This document shows, in pieces, positions 56,234 to 64,000 of a stretch of 64,000 nucleotides of DNA (position 1 is the stretch's first letter; the number at the start of each line of letters is the position of its first letter). A program made the translations under genes and the position numbers. This DNA comes from Kiritimatiellia bacterium (lineage in GTDB: Bacteria; Verrucomicrobiota; Kiritimatiellia; UBA8416; JABMPJ01), in the NCBI GenBank assembly GCA_030745755.1, contig JASLOA010000034.1, positions 10,071-74,070 on the forward strand, written 5' to 3'. The notes beneath the pieces are model-generated. The model searched no databases and was not told the DNA's origin. It saw only the letters and a list, made by a program, of their open reading frames with translations.

Positions 56234-56432
56234 TCAACAGTTGAATAGATCGGCCATGCTGTATGTCTGACCTGTTGCCGCATTCAGGGCGTTCACGATC
56301 GTGGTCTGCACATTACGGGTGAGGTGTCGGCCTTTGCAGGGCGGCCACGAGATCGTGAGCCTTCAGCTCCTTCTCACGAATGATCTGCGCGACCGGCTGT
56401 TCGCCAAGGTTGCGTTCGATGTCTCTATGCAC
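56234..56432 (-). pseudogene. frameshifted paralog of 50985-51221
   Basis: MHRDIERNLGEQPVAQIIREKELKAHDLVAA, then a 38-nt deletion; the remainder CKGRHLTRNVQTTIVNALNAATGQTYSMADLFNC* is in another frame. Confidence 0.88.
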
Positions 56433-56617
56433 ACCACTCTTTCGCCACGGAACGTGCTTCGTTCTTCCAATTCTCCTTGTTTGGGTTGCTGCATTGCGAC
56501 AGATTCAACAGGTGCAAGTGTGTCAAGGCCTCTACACGCCGAAAATGTCCATAGAGACGCGGCGTGGTGCGAAACGAGTGGGAGCGAGGGCCTGTCACGC
56601 ACATGCGGGGGGAACTG

Positions 56618-57835
56618 ATGAGTGTATCTGTCCATGCCGAGGAAGTCCGTGCGCTGATCGATATTGCACAGACGATTAATGCACACCTCTCGATTGATGC
56701 CGTGCTGGAGTCGGTCATGTCTGTGGCCAAGGAGGTGATGGCGGCCGAGGCCTCCTCGCTCTTTACGGTCGACGACGACACGGGCGAGCTTCTGTTCCAT
56801 GTCGCCCAGGGCGAGAAAGCTGAGCGGGTGAAACCCATTCGGATGCAGCCCGGACAAGGCATCGTGGGGCACGTGGTTGAAACCGGTGAGCCACTGATCG
56901 TCAACGATGTGGCGAACGATAGCCGCTGGTATGCCAAGCCTGACGAAGAGAGCGGCTTCAAAACGCGATCCATCCTGTGTGTGCCGCTGCGTACCCCTGA
57001 GCGTCTCCTGGGTGCCATAGAAATTCTCAACAAGATCGATGGACCCTTCACAGAGAGCGACCTTGCGCTCTGCCAGGCTGTGGCCGGGCAGGCCGCGGTG
57101 GCCATTGAGAACGCCATGCTGCACGAGCAGATGCTGGAGAAGGAACGCATGGCCGCCATCGGGGAGACCGTTGCCGGGCTGTCGCATTGCATTAAGAATA
57201 TCCTGCAGGGGGTCAAGACCGGCTCCTACCTCGTCAACTTGGGGATGAAGCGGGAAGATATGGACTTGGTAGGCAAGGGGTGGACAGCCGTCAGCAAGAA
57301 GAATGACTTCATGGAGGAGCTCGTGTGGGACCTCTTGACGTTGTCAAAACCCCGTGAGCCTCTCTACGAGGCGACGGACCTGAATGCGCTGTGCGAGGAT
57401 ATATGCGAGATCGGCTCCCAGCGCGAAGAGGGCGAACCGTCGGTCACTGTGGATTTCAAACCCGATCCGAACCTGCCGGAAGTCGAGGCAGATGGGAAGG
57501 GCATGCGGAGATGTCTGCTCAACCTGGTTACGAATGCGGTTGACGCCTGTACCGATGGCGGGACGGCCACGGTCGGGACGCTTGCGCCCGACGACGATGG
57601 CAAGGTGCGGGTGGTGGTGAGTGACACGGGCTGTGGCATGGACGAGGAAACCGTGAACAAACTCTTTACGGTGTTCTTCAGCACGAAAGGGTCCAAGGGC
57701 ACCGGCCTGGGACTCCCGGTAACAAAGAAGATCGTGGAGGAGCACGGCGGCCTGCTGGAAATCGCTTCCGAGAAGGGCAAAGGGACCACGTTCACGGTTG
57801 TCTTACCCCAGCTCCACGAAGACTGGCGCGCCTGA
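56618..57835 (+). CDS. GAF-domain sensor histidine kinase
   Basis: GAF (GQGIVGHV, TRSILCVPL), H-box LSHCIKN, NLVTNAVDA, DTGCGM and FSTKG..GTGLGL. Start probably ATG 56618. Confidence 0.92.
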   Translation: MSVSVHAEEVRALIDIAQTINAHLSIDAVLESVMSVAKEVMAAEASSLFTVDDDTGELLFHVAQGEKAERVKPIRMQPGQGIVGHVVETGEPLIVNDVANDSRWYAKPDEESGFKTRSILCVPLRTPERLLGAIEILNKIDGPFTESDLALCQAVAGQAAVAIENAMLHEQMLEKERMAAIGETVAGLSHCIKNILQGVKTGSYLVNLGMKREDMDLVGKGWTAVSKKNDFMEELVWDLLTLSKPREPLYEATDLNALCEDICEIGSQREEGEPSVTVDFKPDPNLPEVEADGKGMRRCLLNLVTNAVDACTDGGTATVGTLAPDDDGKVRVVVSDTGCGMDEETVNKLFTVFFSTKGSKGTGLGLPVTKKIVEEHGGLLEIASEKGKGTTFTVVLPQLHEDWRA

Positions 57836-57886
57836 ATGCCGAAGAGTCTGCTCTGAGGCGAGGCGCCTCGTGCCGACATGCCCGGA

Positions 57887-58381
57887 CTATGGCAGTACGC
57901 GTTCGACGAGGAGGCGTTCGCGAGGAGGGAGGGTGGTGTAGTCGCTGATGCGATAGCGGCACGTCTCAATGTCCGTCACGAGGAGCATATTGCTGGCGGT
58001 TACAGCCATGTGTTCTTTGCGTCCGCTGACGAAGAACGATACCGGGCCACGGTCAGTTTCTACCCGCCACTCATCCATCCCGTGCAGGGTGCGTATGTCT
58101 TCGATGGCCACAATCTCGGGCAGGAAATGCTGGTGCTGCAGGTCGTCAATAACGATCCGCCGCTGCTCGCCGGGGAGGTCCTTCAGCGCCCGAATGATCC
58201 CTATCTCGCTCTGCTCGCGGTCGCCGGGTTTTTGGACCGAAATATAGTGGTCGGGGTCGGTCAGGGGAAACAGACGACGGCAGACGACGGGTGCGACCTC
58301 GGTGCCGTCCGGTAGCGCCAGACGTAGCTCACCTTCGGGCGATCGGGAGAACGTCACGTTGTCCGGATGAAGCAGGTTCAT
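57887..58381 (-). CDS. DUF1854 family protein
   Basis: RRLFPLTDPD.YIS, EIGII, F.PEI..I, W.VETDRG and LLVTD...RY.I. Confidence 0.85.
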   Translation of the reverse strand: MNLLHPDNVTFSRSPEGELRLALPDGTEVAPVVCRRLFPLTDPDHYISVQKPGDREQSEIGIIRALKDLPGEQRRIVIDDLQHQHFLPEIVAIEDIRTLHGMDEWRVETDRGPVSFFVSGRKEHMAVTASNMLLVTDIETCRYRISDYTTLPPRERLLVERVLP

Positions 58382-58386
58382 GGTGT

Positions 58387-60624
58387 CTACCCTTCCACGG
58401 CCACGATCGCGGAGAGCGCCTCCTGCGATTGGACGAGCTTGCTGAAGTGGCCCTCCGTCTGCATGAGCTCTGCGTGTGTCCCGGTTTCAATGATCTCACC
58501 CTCATCGATAACGACGAGACGGTTGCAGTTCCGGAGCGTGGCAAGGCGGTGGGCAATGGCGATCGTGGTGCGCCCCTTGGTAAGAGTGGCCAAAGCCTGC
58601 TGGATCTTCTCCTCGGTCTGTACGTCCACCGAAGACGTCGCTTCATCGAGGATCAGAATGCGCGGGTCGCGCAAAATGGCGCGTGCAATGGCAATGCGCT
58701 GTTTTTCGCCGCCCGAGAGATGGCTGCCTCGTTCACCCACGAGTGTGTCGTAGCCATCGGGCTTGCGGCTGATGAACTCGTGCGCGTGGGCGGCCGCTGC
58801 AGCCGCGATGACCTCCTCCTTGGTGGCATCCGGTTTGGCATAGGAGATGTTCTCCATGATCGTGCCACTGAACAAGAACGTCTCCTGGAGCACTACGCCG
58901 ATGTGCTGACGTAGATCATTCTGACGGATCCTGCACACGTCGATGTCGTCAACCCGGATCGCGCCCTTGTCCACGTCGTAGAGGCGGCTGATCAGGTTGA
59001 TCAAGGTGCTCTTGCCTGCGCCACTCTTGCCCACAAGACCGACCATTTCGTTGGCCGCGATATCGAGCGACAGCCCTTTGACCACCGGCTGGTGCTTGTT
59101 GTAGCCGAAGGTGATGTTGTCGAGGACGATGTGTCCGTCAATGGAGGGCATCTCAATGGCATCAGGATCATCCTGTATGTCGGGAGTGGTATCGATGATA
59201 TCAAAGACACGTTCTGCGGCCGCGAGGGCATTCGTGATCATCTGGGACATGCGCGTCAGCATAAAGACCGGCCGGTAGAACATCATCAGGTAGCCGGAGT
59301 AGGCGACCACGTCGCCGATTGACATGCCGCCGGGGGCGTCTGCGCCACGAAACACCAGACGACCGCCCACCAGCCAGACGAGGACGGCTCCCAACATGAT
59401 GAGAAAATGCATGAAAGGATGATAGATGCTCCAGCGCTTGACCAGGTCGATTCCCGAATCACGGTAGACCTCGCTCGTGCGGCGGAACTTGTTTACCTCC
59501 AGGTTTTCCTGGCCGAAGGCTTTGACGACCCGGATGCCCGAGAGCGAGTCGTTTACCAGGGCGGAGAGGCGAGACCGCCTGTGAAAGTAGCGGTGAAACA
59601 TGGCGCGTATGATCGGGATGATGAGCCGCAGGAAGGCAATGGTACCCACTATGGGGAGAATCACGAAGAGCGTGAGCCGCCAGCTCACGATGAAGAGAAG
59701 AATGCCGACACCGATGAGTGAGAGCAGCGACTCAAGCGAGATCGGGATGAAGTCCACCAACAGTCGCTGCAGCTCGGCCGTGTCCTGGTTGACACGGGCC
59801 ATGATCGACCCTGTATGGCGCTTATCAAAAAAGGTGAGCGATAGCTCCTGGAGGCGCGCATAGATGGCCGAACGTACATCGTAGACGGTCTTGAAGCCGA
59901 TGACACCGGAGAGCCGCTCCTGCCACCCGGCGAAGAAAGACTGCAGTGCATAGGCTACGAAGATCGCGCCCACGCACCAGAGATGCCAGTCCGCGTATGG
60001 GAATCCACCTGTGGTGGAATCTGCCCGAAAGACAAAATCGATGAACAGCTTGCTCATGTATGGCACCAGGAGGGCCGCCACGGTGGAGAGTGAGGAGATA
60101 ACGAAAATCCCCAGTATTTGCCAGGTGTAGGGGCGCGAGAATGAGAAGATGCGCAGGAGCGCCTTGTGGTGTTTCAGACAGTAGGGACAGGCCCGCATGT
60201 CCTCGGGGATCGCGCGTCCGCACTGTTCGCATCGCTTGCGGTCAGATGTCGTATGGTGCGCTTCAAGTCCCTCGCCCTCTTTCAGCGCACGGATCCCGTC
60301 CACGGTTTTGTGGAAATCGTCCGAACGCGCATCGGTATAGGCGATCAGGCGGTACGAGCCGGCCGCAGTGGTGACGAGCACGGCACCGGCTCCCACGCTG
60401 CCTTCCGCCTTGATGCTCTCGATATCCGCAAATGCCAGGTCGTGGCGTGGCTCGGTCGCCGCCTGTGGGAAGACGAGGACATGAGCGTCGGTCACCACCA
60501 GCCATTCTGTTCCGTACTCCGCGGGACCGGCGATGTCGGAACTGATCGCCAGAACAATGGATTCAGCCGGATGCAGCTCAAGTGCGGCATCTCTGATTGC
60601 GCCCGGTAGTGTGGCCTTCTCCAC
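58387..60624 (-). CDS. ABC transporter (fused TMD + NBD) with N-terminal extension and Zn-ribbon
   Basis: CEQC...CPYC, GKSGAGKST, LSGGEKQRIAIARA, LDEATSSVD and AHRL. GTG start at 60624 after AAAGGA. Confidence 0.92.
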   Translation of the reverse strand: MEKATLPGAIRDAALELHPAESIVLAISSDIAGPAEYGTEWLVVTDAHVLVFPQAATEPRHDLAFADIESIKAEGSVGAGAVLVTTAAGSYRLIAYTDARSDDFHKTVDGIRALKEGEGLEAHHTTSDRKRCEQCGRAIPEDMRACPYCLKHHKALLRIFSFSRPYTWQILGIFVISSLSTVAALLVPYMSKLFIDFVFRADSTTGGFPYADWHLWCVGAIFVAYALQSFFAGWQERLSGVIGFKTVYDVRSAIYARLQELSLTFFDKRHTGSIMARVNQDTAELQRLLVDFIPISLESLLSLIGVGILLFIVSWRLTLFVILPIVGTIAFLRLIIPIIRAMFHRYFHRRSRLSALVNDSLSGIRVVKAFGQENLEVNKFRRTSEVYRDSGIDLVKRWSIYHPFMHFLIMLGAVLVWLVGGRLVFRGADAPGGMSIGDVVAYSGYLMMFYRPVFMLTRMSQMITNALAAAERVFDIIDTTPDIQDDPDAIEMPSIDGHIVLDNITFGYNKHQPVVKGLSLDIAANEMVGLVGKSGAGKSTLINLISRLYDVDKGAIRVDDIDVCRIRQNDLRQHIGVVLQETFLFSGTIMENISYAKPDATKEEVIAAAAAAHAHEFISRKPDGYDTLVGERGSHLSGGEKQRIAIARAILRDPRILILDEATSSVDVQTEEKIQQALATLTKGRTTIAIAHRLATLRNCNRLVVIDEGEIIETGTHAELMQTEGHFSKLVQSQEALSAIVAVEG

Positions 60625-60697
60625 GCGGTAGATCCTTTCAGCAGATTGACTCGGCACTCTACTGGTGCATGAGCGAACGCTCAAGCAGGGAAATCCG

Positions 60698-60948
60698 GGG
60701 ACATATCCCAGTATTCTGGAGCAATGATGCAGGAATGCCCGCAAACAGGGCTCGATCTCATTCTGGCAAGTGCGACCGGGTCATATGCGTATGGTCTGGC
60801 GGAGATGCCTCGGCTGCGCTCGGCATGACAGGAACCTTTTCTGAGAAATGTCATCCCGCCTGCCCGCCATAGCCCAGCGGGCGACGGCGGGAGCGAAGCC
60901 GAGGGATCTCCTATGCGACCTAAGGCTCGGAACGGGGGTGAGTTCTGA
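60698..60948. mobile_element. MITE-like element family I, degenerate copy 3 with a 33-bp nested insert
   Basis: Flanking 9-bp repeat GGAAATCCG (60689-60697, 60949-60957); left end GGGACATATCCCAG; same doublet followed by CTCCTATG as in copies 1 and 2. Confidence 0.7.
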
Positions 60949-61017
60949 GGAAATCCGCGTTGTGCTGCCGGGGGTGTCGTCCTATACTCAGGGCCTCTTT
61001 GAGTTTGGGGGATTGTT

Positions 61018-62088
61018 ATGGGTAGTTCATTCGGGACTGTTTTTCGGGTATCGACGTTCGGGGAATCGCACGGAGTCGGGGTTGGCGCCATTGTGGATGG
61101 CTGTCCGGCCCAGCTTGAGATCTCGCTGGAGGCGATCCAGGCTCAGGCGGACCGGCGTAAGCCGGGACAGAGCGACCTGACGACGCAGCGAATGGAAGCC
61201 GACACGGTCGAGATTCTCTCCGGTGTGCAGAACGGCAAGACGCTCGGAACGCCGATCGGACTGCTCGTGCGCAACACCGACCAGCGCCCGGGTGACTATG
61301 ATGAGACCCTGGATGCTCCGCGTCCTTCACACGCCGACTATACCTACCTGAAGAAGTACGGCGTACGCGCCAAAAGCGGCGGTGGTCGCGCCAGTGCGCG
61401 TGAAACGGCGGCCCGCGTGGCAGCCGGGGCACTGGCAGAGCAGTACCTGCAGCAGCTTTGCGGCGTGGATATCGTGGCGTGGGTCAGCCAGGTAGGCGCC
61501 ATCGGCTCGGAAGTGGATGTCGGCACGGTAAGCCGTGCCGATGTGGATTCACGTGCCGTGCGCTGTCCGGACCATGCCGCGGCCGACAAGATGGAGGCCC
61601 GCATCCGTGAAGTGCGCGACGAGGGCGACTCGATCGGCGGTATTCTGACCTGTGTCTGCCGGAATGTCCCGGCGGGGTGGGGGGAGCCTATCTTCGACAA
61701 GGCCGAAGCGCTTCTGGCGCAGGCGATGCTCTCCATTCCTGCCTGCAAGGCGTTCGAGATCGGTTCCGGCTTCGCCGGATCCCAACTCCGTGGCTCACAG
61801 CACAACGATCCGTTTACGTCGGGCGATGACACCAACCTGGGTACGTCCACGAACAACAGTGGCGGCGTTCAGGGCGGAATTACAAACGGCATGCCGATTG
61901 TTTTCCGCGCGGCGTTCAAGCCGCCTGCGACGATCAAGTGCGCCCAGGAGACGGTGAATTATGCGGGCCAGCCGGTGACCCTGCAAGTGACAGAGGGCCG
62001 GCACGACCCCTGTGTCGTACCGCGCGCCGTGCCGATCGTAGAATCCATGGCCGCGCTGGTTCTGGCTGACCTTGCACGCCAGGCATGA
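61018..62088 (+). CDS. aroC: chorismate synthase
   Basis: [35 protein letters not shown] and [10 protein letters not shown]. Confidence 0.97.
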   Translation: MGSSFGTVFRVSTFGESHGVGVGAIVDGCPAQLEISLEAIQAQADRRKPGQSDLTTQRMEADTVEILSGVQNGKTLGTPIGLLVRNTDQRPGDYDETLDAPRPSHADYTYLKKYGVRAKSGGGRASARETAARVAAGALAEQYLQQLCGVDIVAWVSQVGAIGSEVDVGTVSRADVDSRAVRCPDHAAADKMEARIREVRDEGDSIGGILTCVCRNVPAGWGEPIFDKAEALLAQAMLSIPACKAFEIGSGFAGSQLRGSQHNDPFTSGDDTNLGTSTNNSGGVQGGITNGMPIVFRAAFKPPATIKCAQETVNYAGQPVTLQVTEGRHDPCVVPRAVPIVESMAALVLADLARQA

Positions 62089-62092
62089 AGAA

Positions 62093-62347
62093 GGGTTCAA
62101 GGTTCGCGGTTCAAGGCTCAAGGTTGGATGGCTCCTCAGCCGTGTTAGAAGCCCTGAACCTGGTGTGGTGTTTCGCAAAAAGGACTCTCTAAATCTGTAA
62201 GGTTCTGTCATTCCGAGCGAAGCGAGGAATCTCAGCCCATGTTGAGGCAGAGATCCCTCGACTTCGCTCGGGATGACACACGAGTTATACAAACGCAATT
62301 GTGAGATACGACACTAGAACTCATGAACCTTGAATCCTCAAACCTGA
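62093..62347. repeat. inverted heptamer arrays (GGTTCAA)n ... (TGAACCT)n interrupted by a MITE
   Basis: ggttcaa-ggttcgc-ggttcaa-ggctcaa at 62095-62122; complementary degenerate units at 62154-62160 and 62325-62347. Confidence 0.6.
62164..62313. mobile_element. MITE-like element family II, copy 2
   Basis: CTGG|TGTGGTGTTTCGCAA...TTGTGAGATACGACA|CTAG; REP doublet inside; similar to 25070-25213. Confidence 0.7.
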
Positions 62348-62348
62348 C

Positions 62349-63509
62349 ATGAGCCTACCGGGAACATTTGAGATTTTGGCCAATGATGGCGCGACGCAGG
62401 CGCGTTGCGGCAAGCTGTGGACGGCGCATGGCGCTTTCGAGACGCCTGCGTTCATGCCTGTGGGGACCCAGGCGACGGTCAAGACGATGGCGCCATGGGA
62501 GCTGACCGATCTTGAGGTTCAGATTATCCTTGGCAATACCTACCACCTCAATATCCGCCCGGGCATGGAGATCATGGCGGCCTGCGGGGGACTGCACAAA
62601 TTCATGGGCTGGGAGGGTCCGATCCTGACGGATAGCGGCGGCTACCAGGTCTTCAGCCTGGCCAAGCTGCGCAAGATCCGGGATGACGGGGTGGAATTCA
62701 ACTCGCACATCGACGGTAGCCGTATCTTCCTGGGACCGAAGGAAACGATGGCGATTCAGCGGGTGCTGGGATCGGATATTGCGATGGTCCTGGACGAGTG
62801 CCCGCCCTATCCGTGTGACCGTGATTACGCTTGTAAATCGGTATCGAAGTCCATAGCATGGGCGGCTCTTTGTTCGGAGCAGGAACGTGCTCCGGGACAA
62901 TTGGTGTTCGGGATTGTACAGGGCGGTGTCTACACCGATCTGCGCGAGCAGTGTGCACGGGCGCTGGTGGATATTGGCTTTGACGGCTATGCCATCGGCG
63001 GGGTGAGCGTTGGCGAGCCCGACGTGGTGCTGCGACAGGGCGTAGAGGATTCGGTGGGGATTCTGCCGGTCGACCGGCCTCGCTACCTTATGGGTGTGGG
63101 GCGGATGGACCAGATTCTGGACGCGGTGGCCGATGGCGTGGACATGTTCGATTGCGTGATGCCGACGCGGTATGCGCGCAATGGGACGGCCTTTACGCGC
63201 GTGGGGCGCTATCCGGTGAAGGCCGGGGAGTATAAGCAGGATCAGCGGCCGATTGAGGTCGGCTGCGAATGCCGGGTGTGCCGGCGGTTCAGTAGGGCCT
63301 ATGTGCGGCACCTGTTGAACGTGGGTGAGATCCTGGGGGTACGCCTGTTGACGGTGCATAACCTGTACCGCTACATGGCGTTCATGCGCGAGATTCGCGA
63401 GGCGATACGCGCAGGTGATTTGGATGGGTATAGGAAACGAGTGAAAGAACGGCTGAGCCACGAGGCGCATGGTGGTTCGGTCGAACATGGCGAGGAAACA
63501 GATTCATGA
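62349..63509 (+). CDS. tgt: tRNA-guanine(34) transglycosylase
   Basis: TPAFMPVGT, NTYHL, TDSGGYQVFSL, FGIVQGG, DMFDCVMPTR and C.C..C. Confidence 0.97.
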   Translation: MSLPGTFEILANDGATQARCGKLWTAHGAFETPAFMPVGTQATVKTMAPWELTDLEVQIILGNTYHLNIRPGMEIMAACGGLHKFMGWEGPILTDSGGYQVFSLAKLRKIRDDGVEFNSHIDGSRIFLGPKETMAIQRVLGSDIAMVLDECPPYPCDRDYACKSVSKSIAWAALCSEQERAPGQLVFGIVQGGVYTDLREQCARALVDIGFDGYAIGGVSVGEPDVVLRQGVEDSVGILPVDRPRYLMGVGRMDQILDAVADGVDMFDCVMPTRYARNGTAFTRVGRYPVKAGEYKQDQRPIEVGCECRVCRRFSRAYVRHLLNVGEILGVRLLTVHNLYRYMAFMREIREAIRAGDLDGYRKRVKERLSHEAHGGSVEHGEETDS

Positions 63510-63844
63510 TTGATATTCTTGGTTTGATAGCGATGGCGGCACCGGCGGAGGGGCAGCAGGGCAGTCCGTTCGGGATGATGGTTCCGATGCTGTTTATCTT
63601 TGCGATTTTCTATTTCATGCTGATTCGTCCGCAGCAGCGCAAGGAGAAGGAGCGCAAAAAGCTCATCAATGAGCTGAAGACCGGTGAACGCGTTATGTTC
63701 AGCGGCGGGATCATCGGGACCGTGACCAACGTGAAAGATGCCGTCTTTGTCATCAAGATCGCTGACGGCGTGAAGATCGAGGTCGCACGCGGTGCGGTGA
63801 GCAGGATCCTGGAGAAGGGCGAGAAGCCTGAGGAAGTGGAATAG
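63506..63844 (+). CDS. yajC: preprotein translocase subunit YajC
   Basis: FYFMLIRPQQRK...GGIIGTV; follows tgt. Confidence 0.95.
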   Translation: MIDILGLIAMAAPAEGQQGSPFGMMVPMLFIFAIFYFMLIRPQQRKEKERKKLINELKTGERVMFSGGIIGTVTNVKDAVFVIKIADGVKIEVARGAVSRILEKGEKPEEVE

Positions 63845-63924
63845 CCAGTGATCAGTAGCCAGTGATCAGTAATCAGTGAGGACCTGATATACTACTGATC
63901 ACTGATGACTGACTACTGATCACT
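63843..63924. repeat. inverted heptamer arrays (ATCAGTR)n / (ACTGATC)n
   Basis: agccagtgatcagt x2 then aatcagtg, followed by ctactgatcactgatgactgactactgatcact. Confidence 0.75.
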
Positions 63925-63972
63925 TGAGCATCAGGGAGAGCAGACGTTTAGTTCAAAGGATAGGCAGAGGTA

Positions 63973-64000
63973 ATGGATAAGAATGCGTTGTGGAAATGGT
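63973..64000 (+). CDS. start of next gene, probably secD (truncated by window end)
   Basis: GAGG SD then MDKNALWKW; identity inferred only from the conserved tgt-yajC-secD order. Confidence 0.5.

Noticed and set aside
50985..56432. Diversity-generating retroelement template/variable repeat pair
   Set aside because: Differences between the two copies are not adenine-specific, and there is no reverse transcriptase in the window.
60625..60744. N-terminal 40 aa of the 785-aa ABC ORF
   Set aside because: It runs into the MITE and intergenic DNA; the SD-supported start is GTG 60624.

Overview
A GC-rich bacterial chromosomal segment. Gene content and protein style suggest PVC superphylum, possibly Kiritimatiellia/Lentisphaerota; this is inference and unverified. 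It is mostly housekeeping: thrS-infC-rpmI-rplT-pheS-pheT, 6S RNA, rarA, 5-formyl-THF cyclo-ligase, rny, a YmdB-like gene, xseAB, hemB, hemL, aroC, tgt-yajC-(secD start), tRNA-Gly(TCC) and two DEAD-box helicases. Accessory blocks include a Cys-rich MacAB-TolC-like exporter with a putative leader peptide, a PTS-EIIA/antiporter/EIIA-PII module, a glycosyltransferase/B12 radical SAM cluster, a DUF4160/DUF2442 toxin-antitoxin pair, a 1259-aa secreted repeat protein bracketed by a duplicated small gene, and a DUF1854/ABC pair. No transposase, integrase, CRISPR array or rRNA was seen. The most unusual signal is intergenic. One covarying REP-like hairpin doublet occurs seven times and sits inside four different MITE-like shells, each with its own terminal inverted repeats and flanking target sequence, and some copies carry nested insertions. 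A ~195-bp rod-like repeat with compensatory base changes and a strand bias occurs twice, and there are three further palindromic repeat families. All product calls come from motif recognition by eye, without database searches.
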